A stretch of 64,000 nt of DNA from assembly GCF_964355755.1 (NCBI RefSeq), contig NC_092670.1, positions 10,402,795 through 10,466,794 of the forward strand, read 5' to 3'. This document shows, piece after piece, positions 1 through 13,439 of this stretch. A model generated the notes under the pieces. It had not been told where the DNA came from, made no database searches, and saw only the letters and a list, made by a program, of their open reading frames with translations. The stretch comes from Antedon mediterranea (taxonomy: Eukaryota; Animalia; Echinodermata). Numbering within the stretch: position 1 is the first letter of the stretch; the number at the start of each line of letters is the position of its first letter. The position numbers were made by a program, and so were the translations under genes.

Positions 1-44
1 CATCGTTCTGGATGGACTGGACGTTCGCTATAATATGTTTATTA

Positions 45-865
45 AGCCCCTTTCTCACAGATGTGCCTGCAATATACCGGTACAGTGCTGGCGTCGTGCC
101 GGTATCGTTACCGGCATATACCCATTCTCATCGGACTATCGTGCCGGAAATATAACCGGTATATACCGGCTTTCTGTGAGAAAGGAGTCGGGCATATTCG
201 GCCAATAAAAAGTCTCTGACAAAATAATTATTGAGGGCGTCCTTTATTGTTATTATTTTTGTCTAGCGATGATATGGCGGCGAATGTTAAGTTACAGATT
301 ATTATCTTCCTTTATAGCATATTTATGTAATACATGCTATGTACAGTATATTGTGCATATATTATACAGGTATAGCAATTAATTTGCCGTCATCGGCAAT
401 CTGTAAAACACCTTAGAAGGCTGTAGGCCTACAATTTACAAGGCGACGAAAGGTCAGGCACCAACAAACAAAGAGCTAATAATGGCCTAGCCTAGCGGCC
501 TATATAGATTATGCTACAAATTTCTTCTTGTCCCCTTATTTTAAGCAGCTCTCTTATCTCATTATCCCTCCAGTTCCACATTATTATTGTTGAATAGGCG
601 CCAAAGTGATACACTTGACTGCGCAAGGTGTCAAAGCCTCGACGGGGAACCCCGGAATATAACGGCAATACGTTCTCACAGAATGCCCGTCTGGCATTGC
701 GGGGAATATCCCTAGAATATTACTAGGTCTAAAGCAGGTCATGTCGATGCCGGCACGGGTGCCGGCATGATGCCAAGACGACCCGTTCTCACAGAAAACC
801 ATACCGGCATGGTAATGGTATATTCCCGCAATATTCCTGGCACACAACTCTGTGAGAAAGGGGCT
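45..865. mobile_element. PIF/Harbinger-type MITE (821 bp)
   Basis: Perfect 16-bp TIR AGCCCCTTTCTCACAG (45-60) / CTGTGAGAAAGGGGCT (850-865), flanked by TTA on both sides (42-44, 866-868); internal TTCTCACAGA sub-repeats. A 3-bp TWA TSD is the Harbinger hallmark. Confidence 0.85.
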
Positions 866-1562
866 TTAGTTGGCCTGTTCGTTGAGGTTCACTTGTGTTG
901 GATCGCGTGTCTCTACGTTTACATCGTGGGAAATTTATATTTATATTCGCCGTTGAGTAGGTAAAGACTTGTCTCCAAAGCAAGTAAACTCAAAGCTGAA
1001 GAGCCTGCGAAAGCAGTACAACATTGCAAAATACAATAACTCGGGGAGGGAACGAATTAATTGTCCCCATTACGATGTTTTCTGTGCTCTCACAACATCT
1101 CTATCACTAGGGCTAGGCTGTTGAAAGTGAGACGTAAAACTTCCTTTATTGCGACTTTTAATTATCGATCAAATAAATGAATGGCAATTTGGGTAAAAAA
1201 GATGAAATTTAACACGACCACCCAAGAACTTATTGTTAGCAGAAACGGGGTACTAAAAAATACGGTATAAAAAATACCGTATTTTATACCCTATTTTTAT
1301 ACCGTATTTTGAGCAGTTGCAGCAGAAACAGGCCCTTAGAATTATTTCAGTTTGTTTTATTTTTGCTCAGTTACTTTTGTCATTGAAACGTAGTAACATT
1401 CAATAAATATACAACATGGCATATGTTGATATTTAAGGTGCTGCAAGGTCCTAAGCATGAACTCCTAAAGATTGGTGTTCTCTTTATCACTGCCCTCTTG
1501 TAACCGTACTTTCTTTTGTTGCTATAGCAACTGATGCTTTTATTAGAACATTTAGGGGTTAA

Positions 1563-1896
1563 AGATGTATTGTCCCCCTGAAAAAATAATTCTTAACAAA
1601 ATTTTTATTGAATATGCCATTTTAATGTAACATAATAGTTATCGACTTTGACCAAAAATTGGATTGAAAAAAAATGTATTTATCTGAAAAAAACTGTAAT
1701 TTAAAGCAAAGAATGGCCAAATTGACCAGCCAGTGGGTTTTTGGTTGAATTTAACCATTTATTTAATCAATTTGTAGGTGAAAACATTTTTTTTTCTATA
1801 TGGAACTGATTAACCTTTTTAAAACCACAAAATAACATATTCAAAGTCTGATTTAATTAACCTTTTTTTTTCATGTTTTTGGGGGACAATACATCT
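1563..1896. mobile_element. Kolobok-type MITE (334 bp)
   Basis: 16-bp perfect TIR AGATGTATTGTCCCCC / GGGGGACAATACATCT with TTAA on both sides (1559-1562, 1897-1900). TTAA TSD plus RR...YY termini fits Kolobok rather than piggyBac (CCC). Confidence 0.75.
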
Positions 1897-1929
1897 TTAA
1901 TAGGTCAAACCCCTTTATGTTTTTTTTTG

Positions 1930-2850
1930 TTTTAGCTGAAAGTGATTTTTTACACTAATACATTCAAAGCTTTAGATTTAGATCTTAAATTTTGTTTGAT
2001 ACTTTCACTTTACCTTGGAAAATACATCAACATTCATCTTGTGTTTGCTTATGTCACTAATTTCTTAGATCAAAACCAATATAATAAGATATATGTAGCT
2101 ACATGTACATTTTTATTTCATTTTTAATCAATTCAAAACAAGATTCAATTTAAAAACTTCAGCAAACATCATTACAAATACTCCTAAAACTACTAGAATA
2201 TAATTAATTAGAATATCATTAATTAAAATATAGGAAATACTGATTTATGATTAGATATCAATTTGATTTTATTAATTAAAAAGCAATAATAATAATTCAA
2301 TTCAATTCAAATTCAATTACTTTCACCTTTACCTTGGAAAATACATAAACATTCATCTTGTGTTTGTTTATGTCACTAATTTCTATAAAAACCAATATAA
2401 TAAGATATATAATATGTAGGCCTACATTCATTGTAAGTTTTTATTTCATTTTTAATCATTTCAAAACGAGATTCAATTTAAGAACTTCAGCAAATATTAG
2501 ATTAAAACACTACTAATTATTAATGAAAATATAGGAAATACTGATTTATGATTAGATATCAATTTGTTATTATTATATTTAAACAATAATAATGTTACTA
2601 TTATGTATGTATTAGCATAGTTTTAAATAATAAAATAAGATTTTTTTACAGAATGAATTGATTAAATTATTTGGTATTACTATAATATTTAAAAATGATT
2701 AATAATAAAACATCCATTGTTACTAACTAATAAAAAATTCCCAAAAAAATAAATTACAGTTGATATGACAATATATTTTATTATTGATCTTATAAAATGT
2801 GGATTATTATTATAATAAATAATCATTTAATGATAAGGCAAAATTTTACT
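1930..2850. repeat. 3' flank of FReD gene 1, paralogous to 34610-35250, with an internal duplication (about 2000-2280 vs 2320-2580)
   Basis: Shared strings GCTGAAAGTGATTTTTT, TACCTTGGAAAATACAT..CATTCATCTTGTGTTT and TAGGAAATACTGATTTATGATTAGATATCAATTTG at both loci. Confidence 0.8.
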
Positions 2851-3005
2851 TAATAATTAGTTGTTTATTTTTTAATTAATTTATATCCAATATTACTTTG
2901 CAAAATTCCAAAATAAAAGATTGAATGAATGAATTATAAAGAATATAACCATTTAACACCAGATACCCTTTTAATTAAATTAGTAAAACTAAAATAAATA
3001 TCAAT

Positions 3006-5808
3006 ACTAGATTTAATTCGTCACTATGACGAATTATAGGTTATATGCATTGATTTAAATAAAGATAATTGATTGATTTAAGATATATTGATTGATTGAT
3101 TTTCTCAGAATCATTAGTTATTTATAATATATGACAGGATCTTGCTAACGCAAATACAATAGCCGGTATCATAATCCGATCAAAGATCTTTCTGCGTATA
3201 TAATGTCATAAACCACATTTGTGTTTTTATTTAGATTTCATTATAAATCATGTGTATAATCTATACACTAAGAAATATAATTGAACAACCAATACGGATA
3301 ATAAAAAAAATCTTATTTCGTTTGGTTTCCCAAGGTGAGACTCGAACTCGGTACTTGACTGCTATAGACACGAGCAAAGACCACCGAGCCATACACAACT
3401 GACTAAAAGTTATGGAAAAATTCCTCCGTGTATTTACTATGCAGTAACCACTTTGGTGCAGATAGATTATTACATACCGCATTGAATTATAATATTTTAC
3501 TATGATGACATCTTTAAAAATTTAAAAAAATGATGCACTGTCAAACTACCGGTATATACTTTTAACTTTAATATATGAACTTCTTAAGGAAGAAAGTTAA
3601 TGTTAAGTTTGTTATTTTGGCCTAAGAAAATGTTATAATTTGTTTGATTGTCGAAATTAATTTTGTTAAATTTAATATGCCATTAATGATGACTTAATCA
3701 ACTTTTGTTCTTCTAATTTCATAATAAATCATACATATTATACATACACTTCAAGAAAATTAAATAAAAAATAGGTGTTCCCGAGCATTCTAACGATTTA
3801 TATTAATTTTAAAATTTAGCATATTTTCACCATTTTGTTAACTTACACGTGCGTAGCCTGTCACTTTTGATGTGCTCGTATAACGCTGTTTTGCGTTGAA
3901 AAGTGAATAAAATATGATGATATTATTAAAGAAAGGTTATACAACAGTAATCGGACAAAAACAGTGCGCATTAACGTTTGACGCGCAGTGCGCGTGCAAT
4001 AATCTGCGCACTCATGGCAATTTTTTAAACGCCTAAAATTGCCTGAAACGTACTCTAATTTCATCGAAAATAAATTCTGACAATTTTCAACATTTTAAGC
4101 GCGCGTACGCATGCGTTATATGCGCTACGCACGCAATTGTATTGCCATATGATGAAATATGACCTGAAATTTATGAGTACCAAATTTTGTTTAATTTTGA
4201 TTCATGCTTGTGAAGATATGATTACAAACGTGATTTCGTTCAATCGCGCGTAGACCGCGTAATTTTTGATTGCGCACCGTGAAAACATAACCACATCGAT
4301 TCCTGGCCATAAGGAATATACTCTGAAAAATTGACTTAGTTAGATGAAACTGATATCAAGATAATTGACGGACAAATAGTGCTAAGGAAAGAATAAATAA
4401 ACTAGATTTAATTCGTCACTATGACGAATTATAGGTTATATGCATTGATTTAAATAAAGATAATTGATTTTTAAAATATATATTGATTGATTGATTTTCT
4501 CAGAATCTTTAATTATTTATAATATATGATAGGACCTTGCTAACGCGAACACCATAGCCGGTATCACAATCCGATCAAAGATCCATATGCGTATAATGTC
4601 ATAAACCACATTTGTTGTTACATAATAATAAAGACATAAGTTAATTTTTATCTAGATTTCATTATAAATCATGTGTATAATCTATACACTAAGAAATAAA
4701 TTTGAACAAACAATACGGATAATAAAAAAAAACTTATTTTGTTTCGTTTCCCAAGGTGAGACTCGATCTCGGTACTTGAATGCTATAGACACGAGCAAAG
4801 ACCACCGAGCCATACACAACTGACTAAAAGTTATGGAAAGATTCCTCCGTGTATTTACTATGCAGTAACCACTTTGGTGCAGATAGATTATTACATACCG
4901 CAATGAATTATAATGTTTTACTATGATGACGTCTTTAAAAATTAAAAAAAATGATGCACTGTCAAACTATATACTTTTAACTTTAATATATGAACTTCTT
5001 AAGGAAGAAAGTTAACGTTAAGTTTGTTATTTTGGCCTAAGAAAATGTTATAATTTGTTTGATTGTCGAAATTAATTTTGTTAAATTTAATATGCCATTA
5101 ATGATGACTTAATCAACTTTTGTTCTTCTAATTTCATAATAAATCATACATATGATACATACACTTCAAGAAAATTAAATAAAAAATAGGTGTTCCCGAG
5201 CATTCTAACGATATATATTAATTTTAAAATTTAGCATATTTTCACCATTTTGTTAACTTACACGTGCGTAGCCCGTCACTTTAGACGTGCTCGTATAACG
5301 CTGTTTCGCGTTGAAAAGTGAATAAAATATGATGATATTATTAAAGAAAGGTTATACAACAGTAATCGGACACAAACAGTGCGCATTAACGTTTGACGCG
5401 CAGTGCGCGTGCAAAAATCGGCGCACTCATGGCAATTTTTTAAACGCTTAAAATTGCCTGAAACGTACTCTAATTTCATCGAAAATAAATTCTGACAATT
5501 TTCAACATTTTAAGCGCGCGTACGCATGCGTTATATGCGCTACGCACGTAATTGTATTGCCATATGATGAAATGTGACCTGAAATTTATGAGTACCAAAT
5601 TTTGTTTAAAAGTGATTCATGTTTGTGAAGATATGATTACAAACGTGATTTCGTTAAATCGCGCGTAGACCGCGTAATTTTTGATTGCGCATCGTGAAAA
5701 CATAACCACATCGATTCCTGGCCATAAGGAATATACTCTGAAAAATTGACTTAGATAGATGAAACTGATGCCAAGATAATTCACGGACAAATAGTGCTAA
5801 GGAAAGAA

Positions 5809-5851
<43 letters not shown>

Positions 5852-8800
5852 AGATTTTGACAGAATCAAGAGGTTATATGCATATCATGCATATAACCTA
5901 ATAAATAAACTAGATTTAATTCGTCACTATGACGAATTATAGGTTATATGCATTGATTTAAATAAAGATAATTGATTTTTAAAAGATATATTGATTGATT
6001 GATTTTGTCAGAATCTTTAATTATTTATAATATATGATAGGACCTTGCTAACGCGAACACCATAGCCGGTATCACAATCCGATCAAAGATCCATATGCGT
6101 ATAATGTCATAAACCACATTTGTTGTTACATAATAATAAAGACATAAGTTAATTTTTATCTAGATTTCATTATAAATCATGTGTATAATCTATACACTAA
6201 GAAATAAATTTGAACAAACAATACGGATAATAAAAAAAAAATCTTATTTCGTTTCCCAAGGTGAGACTCGAACTCGGTACCTTGAATGCTATAGACACGA
6301 GCACAGACCATTGAGCCATACACAACTGACTAAAAGTTGGAGAAAAATTCCTCCGTGTATTTACTATGCAGTAACCACTTTGGTGCAGATAGATTATTAC
6401 ATACCGCAATGAATTATAATTTTTTACTATGATGACATCTTTAAAAATTTAAAAAAAATGATGCACTGTCAAACTATATACTTTTACCTTTAATATATGA
6501 ACTTCTTAAGGAAGAAAGTTAATGTTAAGTTTGTTATTTTGGCCTAAGAAAATGTTATAATTTGTTTGATTGTCGAAATTAATTTTGTTAAATATAATAT
6601 GCCATTAATGATGACTTAATCAACTTTTGTTCTTCTAATTTCATAATAAATCATACATATGATACATACACTTCAAGAAAATTAAATAAAAAATAGGTGT
6701 TCCCGAGCATCCTAACGATATATATTAATTTTAAAATTTAGCATATTTTCACCATTTTGTTAACTTACACGTGCGTAGCCTGTCACATTTGACGTGCTCG
6801 TATAACGCTGTTTCGCGTTGAAAAGTGAATAAAATATGATAATATTATTAAAGAAAGGTTATACAACAGTAATCGGACAAAAACAGTGCGCATTAACGTT
6901 TGACGCGCAGTGCACGTGCAAAAATCTGCGCACTCATGGCAATTTTTTAAACGCTTAAAATTGCCTGAAACGTACTCTAATTTCATCGAAAATAAATTCT
7001 GACAATTTTCAACATTTTAAGCGTGCGTACGCATGCGTTATATGCGCTACGCACGTAATTGTATTGCCATATGATGAAATATGACCTGAAATTTATGAGT
7101 ACCAAATTTTGTTTAATTGTGATTCATGCTTGTGAAGATATGATTACAAACGTGATTTCGTTAAATCACGCGTAGACCGCGTAATTTTTGATTGCGCATC
7201 GTGAAAACATAACCACTTCGATTCCTGGCCATAAGGAATATACTCTGAAAAATTGACTTAGATAGATGAAACTGATGCCAAGATAATTCACGGACAAATA
7301 GTGCTAAGGAAAGAATAAATAAAGAAATAAATAAAGATTCTGACAGAATCAAGAGGTTATATGCATATCATGCATATAACCTAATAAAGAAATAAATAAA
7401 GATTCTGACAGAATCAAGAGGTTATATGCATGAATGCATGCATATAACCTAATAAATAAATAAATAAATAAAGATTTTGACAGAATCAAGAGGTTATATA
7501 TGCATATCATGCATATAACCTAATAAACTAGATTTAATTCGTCACTATGACGAATTATAGGTTATATGCATTGATTTAAATAAAGATAATTGATTTTTAA
7601 AAGATATATTGATTGATTGATTTTCTCAGAATCTTTAATTATTTATAATATATGATAGGACGTGACCTTGCCTTGCTAACGCGACCACCATAGCTGGTAT
7701 CACAATCCGATCAAAGATCCATATGCGTATAATGTCATAAACCACATTTGTTGTTACATAATAATAAAGACATAAGTTAATTTTTATCTAGATTTCATTA
7801 TAAATCATGTGTATAATCTATACACTAAGAAATAAATTTGAACAAACAATACGGATAATAAAAAAAAAAATCTTATTTCGTTTCCCAAGGTGAGACTCGA
7901 TCTCGGTACCTTGAATGCCATAGACACGAGCACAGACCATCGAGCCATACACCACTGACTAAAAGTTGTAGAAAAATTCCTCCGTGTATTTACTATGCAG
8001 TAACCAGTTTGGTGCAAATAGATTATTACATACCGCAATGAATTATAATTTTTTACTATGATGACATCTTTAAAATGTAAACAAATGATGCACTGTCAAA
8101 CTATATACTTTTAACTTTAATATATGAACTTTGGAAGGAAGAAAGTTAATGTTAAGTTTGTTATTTTGGCCTAAGAAAATGTCATAATTTGTTTGATTGT
8201 CAAAATTATTTTTTTTAAATTTAATATGCAATTAATGATGACTTAATCAACTTTTGTTCTCTTAATTTGATAATAAATCATACATATGATACATATACTT
8301 CAAGAAAATGAAATAAAAATAGGTGTTCCCCTGCATTCTGACGATATATATTAATTTTAAAATTTAGCATATTTTCACCATTTTGTTAACTTATACGTGC
8401 GTAGCCAGTCACTTTTGACGTGCTCGTATAACGCAATTTTGAGTTGAAACGTGAATCAAATATGATGATATTATTAAAGAAAGATTGTAAAACAGAAATC
8501 GGGCAAAAAGAGTGCGCATTAACGTTTAACGCGCCGTGCGCGTGAAAAAATCGGCGCACTAATGGCAATTTTTTAAACGCTTAAAATTGCCTGAAACGTA
8601 CTCTAATTTCATCGAAAATTAATTTTGACAATTTTGAACATTTTAAGCGCGCGTACGCAAGCGTTATATGCGCTACGCACGTAATTGTATTGCCATATGA
8701 TGAAATATGACCTGAAATTTATGAGTACCAAATTTTGTTTAATTGTGATTCATGCTTGTGAAGATATGATTACAAACGTGATTTCGTAAAATCGCACGTA

Positions 8801-9095
8801 GACCGCGTAATTTTTGATTGCGCATCGTGAAAATATAACCACATCGATTCCTGGCCATAAGGAATATACTCTGAAAAATTGACTTAGATAGATGAAACTG
8901 ATATCAAGATAATTCACGGACAAAATAGTGCTAAGGAAAGAATAAATAAATAAATAAATAAATAAATAAAGATTTTGACAGAATCAAGAGGTTTTATGCA
9001 TGATAATGCATATAACCTAATAAATAAATAAAGAAATAAATAAAGATTCTGACAGAATCAAGAGGTTATATGCATGAATGCATGCATATAACCTA
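3006..9095 (-). mobile_element. Head-to-tail tandem array of four non-autonomous Helentron/HINE (DINE-1-like) elements, 1.4-1.6 kb units
   Basis: Units start on the + strand at 3006, 4401, 5909 and 7527 with ACTAG...AATTCGTCA-cta-TGACGAATT hairpin + sub-TIR AGGTTATATGCA. The other end has an (AAAT)n microsatellite and the AGGTTATATGCA..TGCATATAACCT palindrome. On the minus strand this reads 5' subTIR/IR, microsatellite, 3' subTIR, hairpin, CTAGT, which is HINE architecture. Confidence 0.8.
6254..6322 (-). promoter_or_regulatory. tRNA-like Pol III type-2 promoter (A box, B box, oligo-T terminator) inside HINE unit 3; homologues at about 3328-3395, 4750-4815 and 7884-7950
   Basis: Minus strand: A box TGGCTCAATGG (6318-6308) matches TRGCNNARYGG; B box GTTCGAGTC (6273-6265); T10 run about 25 nt downstream (A-run 6232-6241). 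The B box reads GATCGAGTC in units 2 and 4. Confidence 0.5.
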
Positions 9096-9487
9096 ATTAA
9101 TGATTTACTAAAGATTATAACACATCCAAGTACAGTAGTATCTTTTAATAATAATGGAATTTGATATTAATATGTAGTATTATATAGTGGCATATATTTT
9201 TAAAAATTCTGATAATACTATATTATTATTTAATAAATTATCGTAAACATAAACTTATGTACTGTATGTGATTAAATTAAGACACTGTATATTCAAATTA
9301 ATTTTATTTCATCATTATGTTATTAAACCAAGGTTTTATTATTCATTTAAAATAATTAATATAACACAAAAAGTATGATAACCAAACATGATTTTTGATC
9401 TCACTGCAACTTTAATAAAATCAATATTTGCCATTTTTTATTATGAGCCAAATTAAAGTCAAATTACTAAAGTTATAATTAATTTTC

Positions 9488-9738
9488 TTATGGTGCTCTT
9501 TTAACCATCATCACTGTCTTCTTGAGACTGTTGTGATTATTATGGAAATGCCACCAGATGATGCCTGTACCATCATATGTACCTGGTGTAAGGTAAAGCC
9601 CATTCAGGTTTGAAGCACCACAGGTATCGTACCACCAACCACCTTTGCGTATCTCAGCACAGTTTACACTGTGCTTATCATTGTCTGTATCATGCGTTGA
9701 AAATTGGTCACCATTGTGGCGTGATGCCAAAGAATCAC
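9488..9738 (-). CDS. FReD gene 1, exon 5 (last): fibrinogen C-terminal domain
   Basis: GDSLASRHNGDQFSTHDTDND...CAEIRKGGWWYDTCGASNLNG...SLKKTVMMVKRAP*; acceptor tttgtttag|GT, phase 1, matching the exon 4 donor. Confidence 0.93.
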
Positions 9739-10526
9739 CTAAACAAACAAAACATATCATCTTTAGTTTACTTCATACATGCAGTTTTTTTAATACAATT
9801 GTTTTATTTAAACATGTAAAAAATTAATATATGCTATGTAAAATGATGCATACCTAATGAGTGTTTTGATTAATTTATGTTTTTTGAGATTCACATCCTG
9901 TTTTAGGGGATTTTTTATTTGTTTAAAATCAAAAAACTTTTTTTTTTTTCAAAAATAGTGTTCTTTTCTTCTTTTATTCTATAAATTATACAATATGGTT
10001 GATTTATTTTACATAAACAGTTAAGATAAAACCATATACAAGAAAAATACAAATAAACTATACTATATTACATACAACATGAAATTATGAAAATATGATA
10101 AAATTGACATTAATAAAACATTAATATTATTTTTATATTTTAACTGAAATATACTTTCAATACAAATGTACTGATTTAAAAAAAACAATGGAAGCGAAAA
10201 CTAATTTCCAAAGTGTTTAGTAACTACAACATTTAAAATAATAACATTTTTAAATGTTAAATTGAAATGTTGTTGTTAAAAGTTGGAGCTAATCCATTGA
10301 ACATTTTGATATCATTTTTAGAATTGTTAGTTTGATTAATTAATTTTAGTTGGTTGTGTATATACCTGTAGTAGCTTTTCTTTAATATTGGTCCAATTTC
10401 TTTCAGATTTGATATCATGTTGCCTTTTTATCTTTGGGTAGCATATTGTTAAGTTTAACCTAAATCAATTTCAAATTTCTGTTTTTCTTTTTCTATATTT
10501 TTCACATAATACATGATTTGTAAATA

Positions 10527-10627
10527 AAACAAGGCCATACATGGCTGCGGTCACGTGCTCAAATTTGAGTTAGTGTTTACCGACCAACCGAGTGAGCTGT
10601 AGAGTCGCGTTTGCACATGACTAAAAA
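10527..10627 (+). mobile_element. short degenerate HINE/Helitron-like element in FReD intron 4
   Basis: AACAAGGCC start, (CCGA)-like microrepeat, terminal imperfect hairpin AGTCGCGT..ACATGACT followed by an A-run. Confidence 0.3.
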
Positions 10628-11267
10628 TTAATTAATTATTAAACACAACTGTTTTTATAGCTTATATTATACAGTACCAAAGGAAAACTTCATTATACCT
10701 GACCTACCGTAGTCAGTGCAGTGATGATGAGCTAGCGTTTTCAGTCGCTGTATTTTATGTACAAATCTTTATTTTTGCAGGTAAACCACCCACATCATCA
10801 CCCTTTCCTCACTGGCATGAGCGTCGTAAAGCCAGTAGAGGATAGGCCTACGGTGCATCACATGCCCTAAATGCAGAACAAGTTTGGTGGGTAGGGTAGG
10901 AACCGACTTAAAGTATGAATTTGGCTCTAAGAAACAATTGAAAACCATTAGGCCTACTAATTAAGTTGAGTTAGATAATTTACTATTTATTGACGATTAA
11001 ATCAAATTTATGACTTGCCCCGAATAGAGGTGGTTTTCGAACGAGCGTACCATCTAGTTTAAACTCAATTATATAGGTAGTCATAATTGGTTTGAAAATT
11101 CAGTTTTTAATACTCTTAAAGTGATAAATGCAACAACAACAAAAGTGCACAGTGTGTATTTTTAATGCAAGGTACAAAGGTGAGGCCTATAAAGAAAAAT
11201 AATACTTTTAATTCTTTGTTTACTTGAAATGTGTTTTTTAGTGTAAAAATTGATTGAATGTACTAAC

Positions 11268-11529
11268 CTGCCGTTCCTGTGTATCCACTGATGTTCAAAG
11301 CATAGTTAGAGTCCTCAGTATCAATACGAAAGTGAGAATATCTTGCAAACTTCATGTCATCCAAGTGGTCAGTCATCTCTATTAGAAGCTCAAAACTGCC
11401 ATCAGCTGTTAAACGGTTGATTTGTTCATTACCAAGCCAGAACTCTGTGTTCACATTTTCAAAACCCTCTTTGTATTCTGCCCAATTACGGTAGAAATCA
11501 ACTGATCCATCTTGTCTTCTCTGTATCAC
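11268..11529 (-). CDS. FReD gene 1, exon 4: fibrinogen domain
   Basis: VIQRRQDGSVDFYRNWAEYKEGF...EFWLGNEQINRLT...GYTGTAG; ttatcag|GTG acceptor, GCAG|gttagt donor; 262 nt. Confidence 0.93.
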
Positions 11530-12576
11530 CTGATAATGAAAGGATAGTAATCTATACTCTACAGTCTTACTAAAACAGTGATGTCAAGCCCATCAACTTG
11601 AGTAAATAGAAGTAAATGAATTAGGAATCTGACCAGTAATATTACGATTAAGGTACGTCAATATTTTACAATTTAATTTTGATGTTCCTCATTTTCTACA
11701 ATTTGATTACACTCATTTTACAATAATTATGCAAGTTTTTGAACATTTAGTGTGATTGTTCTTGCATTATGTTTAGAACATAGTTTTGTTGTGACCTCCA
11801 GACAACACTTCAACAAATCGCTCTGCGTGTGCGCAGGTATAGTTATGTGTGGGTCGAGAACCCTATTTCTGAAAAGTAACGTTAGTAAAAAATGTGGAAG
11901 AATCATTAATTTCTGTTGAACAAAATGATAAATCTAAAGTTATGTTTTTAATAAAGCGAAATACTGTATTATTAGGAATTGTTCATTGCAATAAGCTATT
12001 TATCCATATGCAAGTTTTAAACATTCCTAAACAACTGTTCGCTTAACTATGTTGTGTAAATGAGTAGAATGTTGATGTCATTCGTTAAAGTCTACATGCT
12101 CGTGCGAAAGCTCCTTATTTCATTCATGCCATCATCTGTAAGTCAACATCGCCCTCTATCTATTTTCAAGATGTAAGGAGTGCAGAGTGCGACGTCATAT
12201 GTGAATGGAATCCCCTTTCCGTTTATTAATTATGAGAGATGCTTGTACAATGGCTTGAATATCGTAAATTTGAAAGTCCTTGTACTTCTGGAACGGATTC
12301 TATCTGAAATCATACCATTGTTCTCTATTAATTGTTTTGCTGGTGTCTCTATGGCTGGCAGTTCTTACAGTAACGTATTGTGATGTGTGTTTTAGTAATG
12401 AATTAGTAAGCTGTGGCAATGATGTTAGATTTACCTCTGATATCTTTAAATAAATTGTAAGTGTCTTTCAAGGATACAAGCAAAATTCAATTTTTTCAAG
12501 TAATAAGCTAGTGTGTTATAATGATGTTGGATTTGCTCCTTCAGATATCTTTACATAAATTGTTGCCTATACTTAC

Positions 12577-12716
12577 TGTCCATCCTGCATCATGCCTCAT
12601 GTCACAGTACACAGTAAACTCTGGTCTTCCATCACATGTATGGTGTATCACATATTCACCACTCACAGCAGAAGGATTATTTTGTAAAATCGTACTACAA
12701 TCCCTCATAAAACACT
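12577..12716 (-). CDS. FReD gene 1, exon 3: start of fibrinogen domain (absent from the ORF track)
   Basis: Manual translation CFMRDCSTILQNNPSAVSGEYVIHHTCDGRPEFTVYCDMRHDAGWT (RDC...SG.Y...VYCDM...GWT signature); ttttag|AG acceptor, ACA|gtaagt donor; 140 nt. Confidence 0.9.
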
Positions 12717-12974
12717 CTAAAATTACAAAGTTTGAAGATCACATATTAGATATAACATTGAAATAAGCCTATACATTGAGTGAAACGTCCATTTGGTTAT
12801 AAGATTAATTTTATAGTAGGTAAATACAAGTGAAAGTACTTTAAGAATATTAAAGAGAACATTTCCTATAGGCAAATTCAACAGCAACAGTCACGACCAG
12901 CAGCCAATCACTAATAATAAATGTGAACCTCCATATAAGAAATAAATTTATTTAATAATAAATTGTATACTTAC

Positions 12975-12999
12975 TCATTTTGGAATCAGTGGCCAGAAC
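12975..12999 (-). CDS. FReD gene 1, exon 2: 25-nt linker micro-exon (VLATDSKM)
   Basis: tttttcttcag|GTTCTGGCCACTGATTCCAAAATGA|gtaagt. It converts phase 0 (end of exon 1) to phase 1 (start of exon 3), exactly as the frame requires. Confidence 0.75.
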
Positions 13000-13100
13000 C
13001 TGAAGAAAAAGGAAATATAAAATAATTAACATAATGACAGTATATAGATATAGAATGCCGCTATTACTGTAATTTAATCATTACAAACTAGTTTTCTTGG

Positions 13101-13124
13101 TGAGAGAGAGAGAGAGAGAGAGAG
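13101..13124. repeat. (GA)n microsatellite
   Basis: Direct reading: gagagagagagagagagagagagg. Confidence 0.95.
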
Positions 13125-13439
13125 GAACAGAATTTTACAGTAGTTGAAATAGTGAACTTCCCATGGAGAGTGACCACATGATAATGTAGGTGCATCACAT
13201 TGGCCAATTAGTGTAGATATGCTAGTTTGAAGTCACAACCAAAGACATTATTTTTGATCATACGTCCACTACACAGTCACGCATCATGCATGCGTAGAAA
13301 TGTATTCTGATCGAGAATTGTTGGTTGGTTGGGTTTGGAAATAAAATAGAACTAAATAAAGTTTCTTCTTTCAAATAATTTTTTAATTTGGATGATCCAA
13401 AAGAATAAAATATTTGAATACTACAGTATCCAGAGATCC

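Noticed and set aside
996-1014. CTGAAGAG-cctgc-GAAA hammerhead-like core
   Set aside because: Stem II is too short and no flanking stems I or III were found.
3261-8568. Repeated 60-77 aa ORFs (MRYVIIYL..., MKLEYVSG...)
   Set aside because: They recur only because the HINE unit is repeated; frames shift between units and there are no Rep/helicase motifs.
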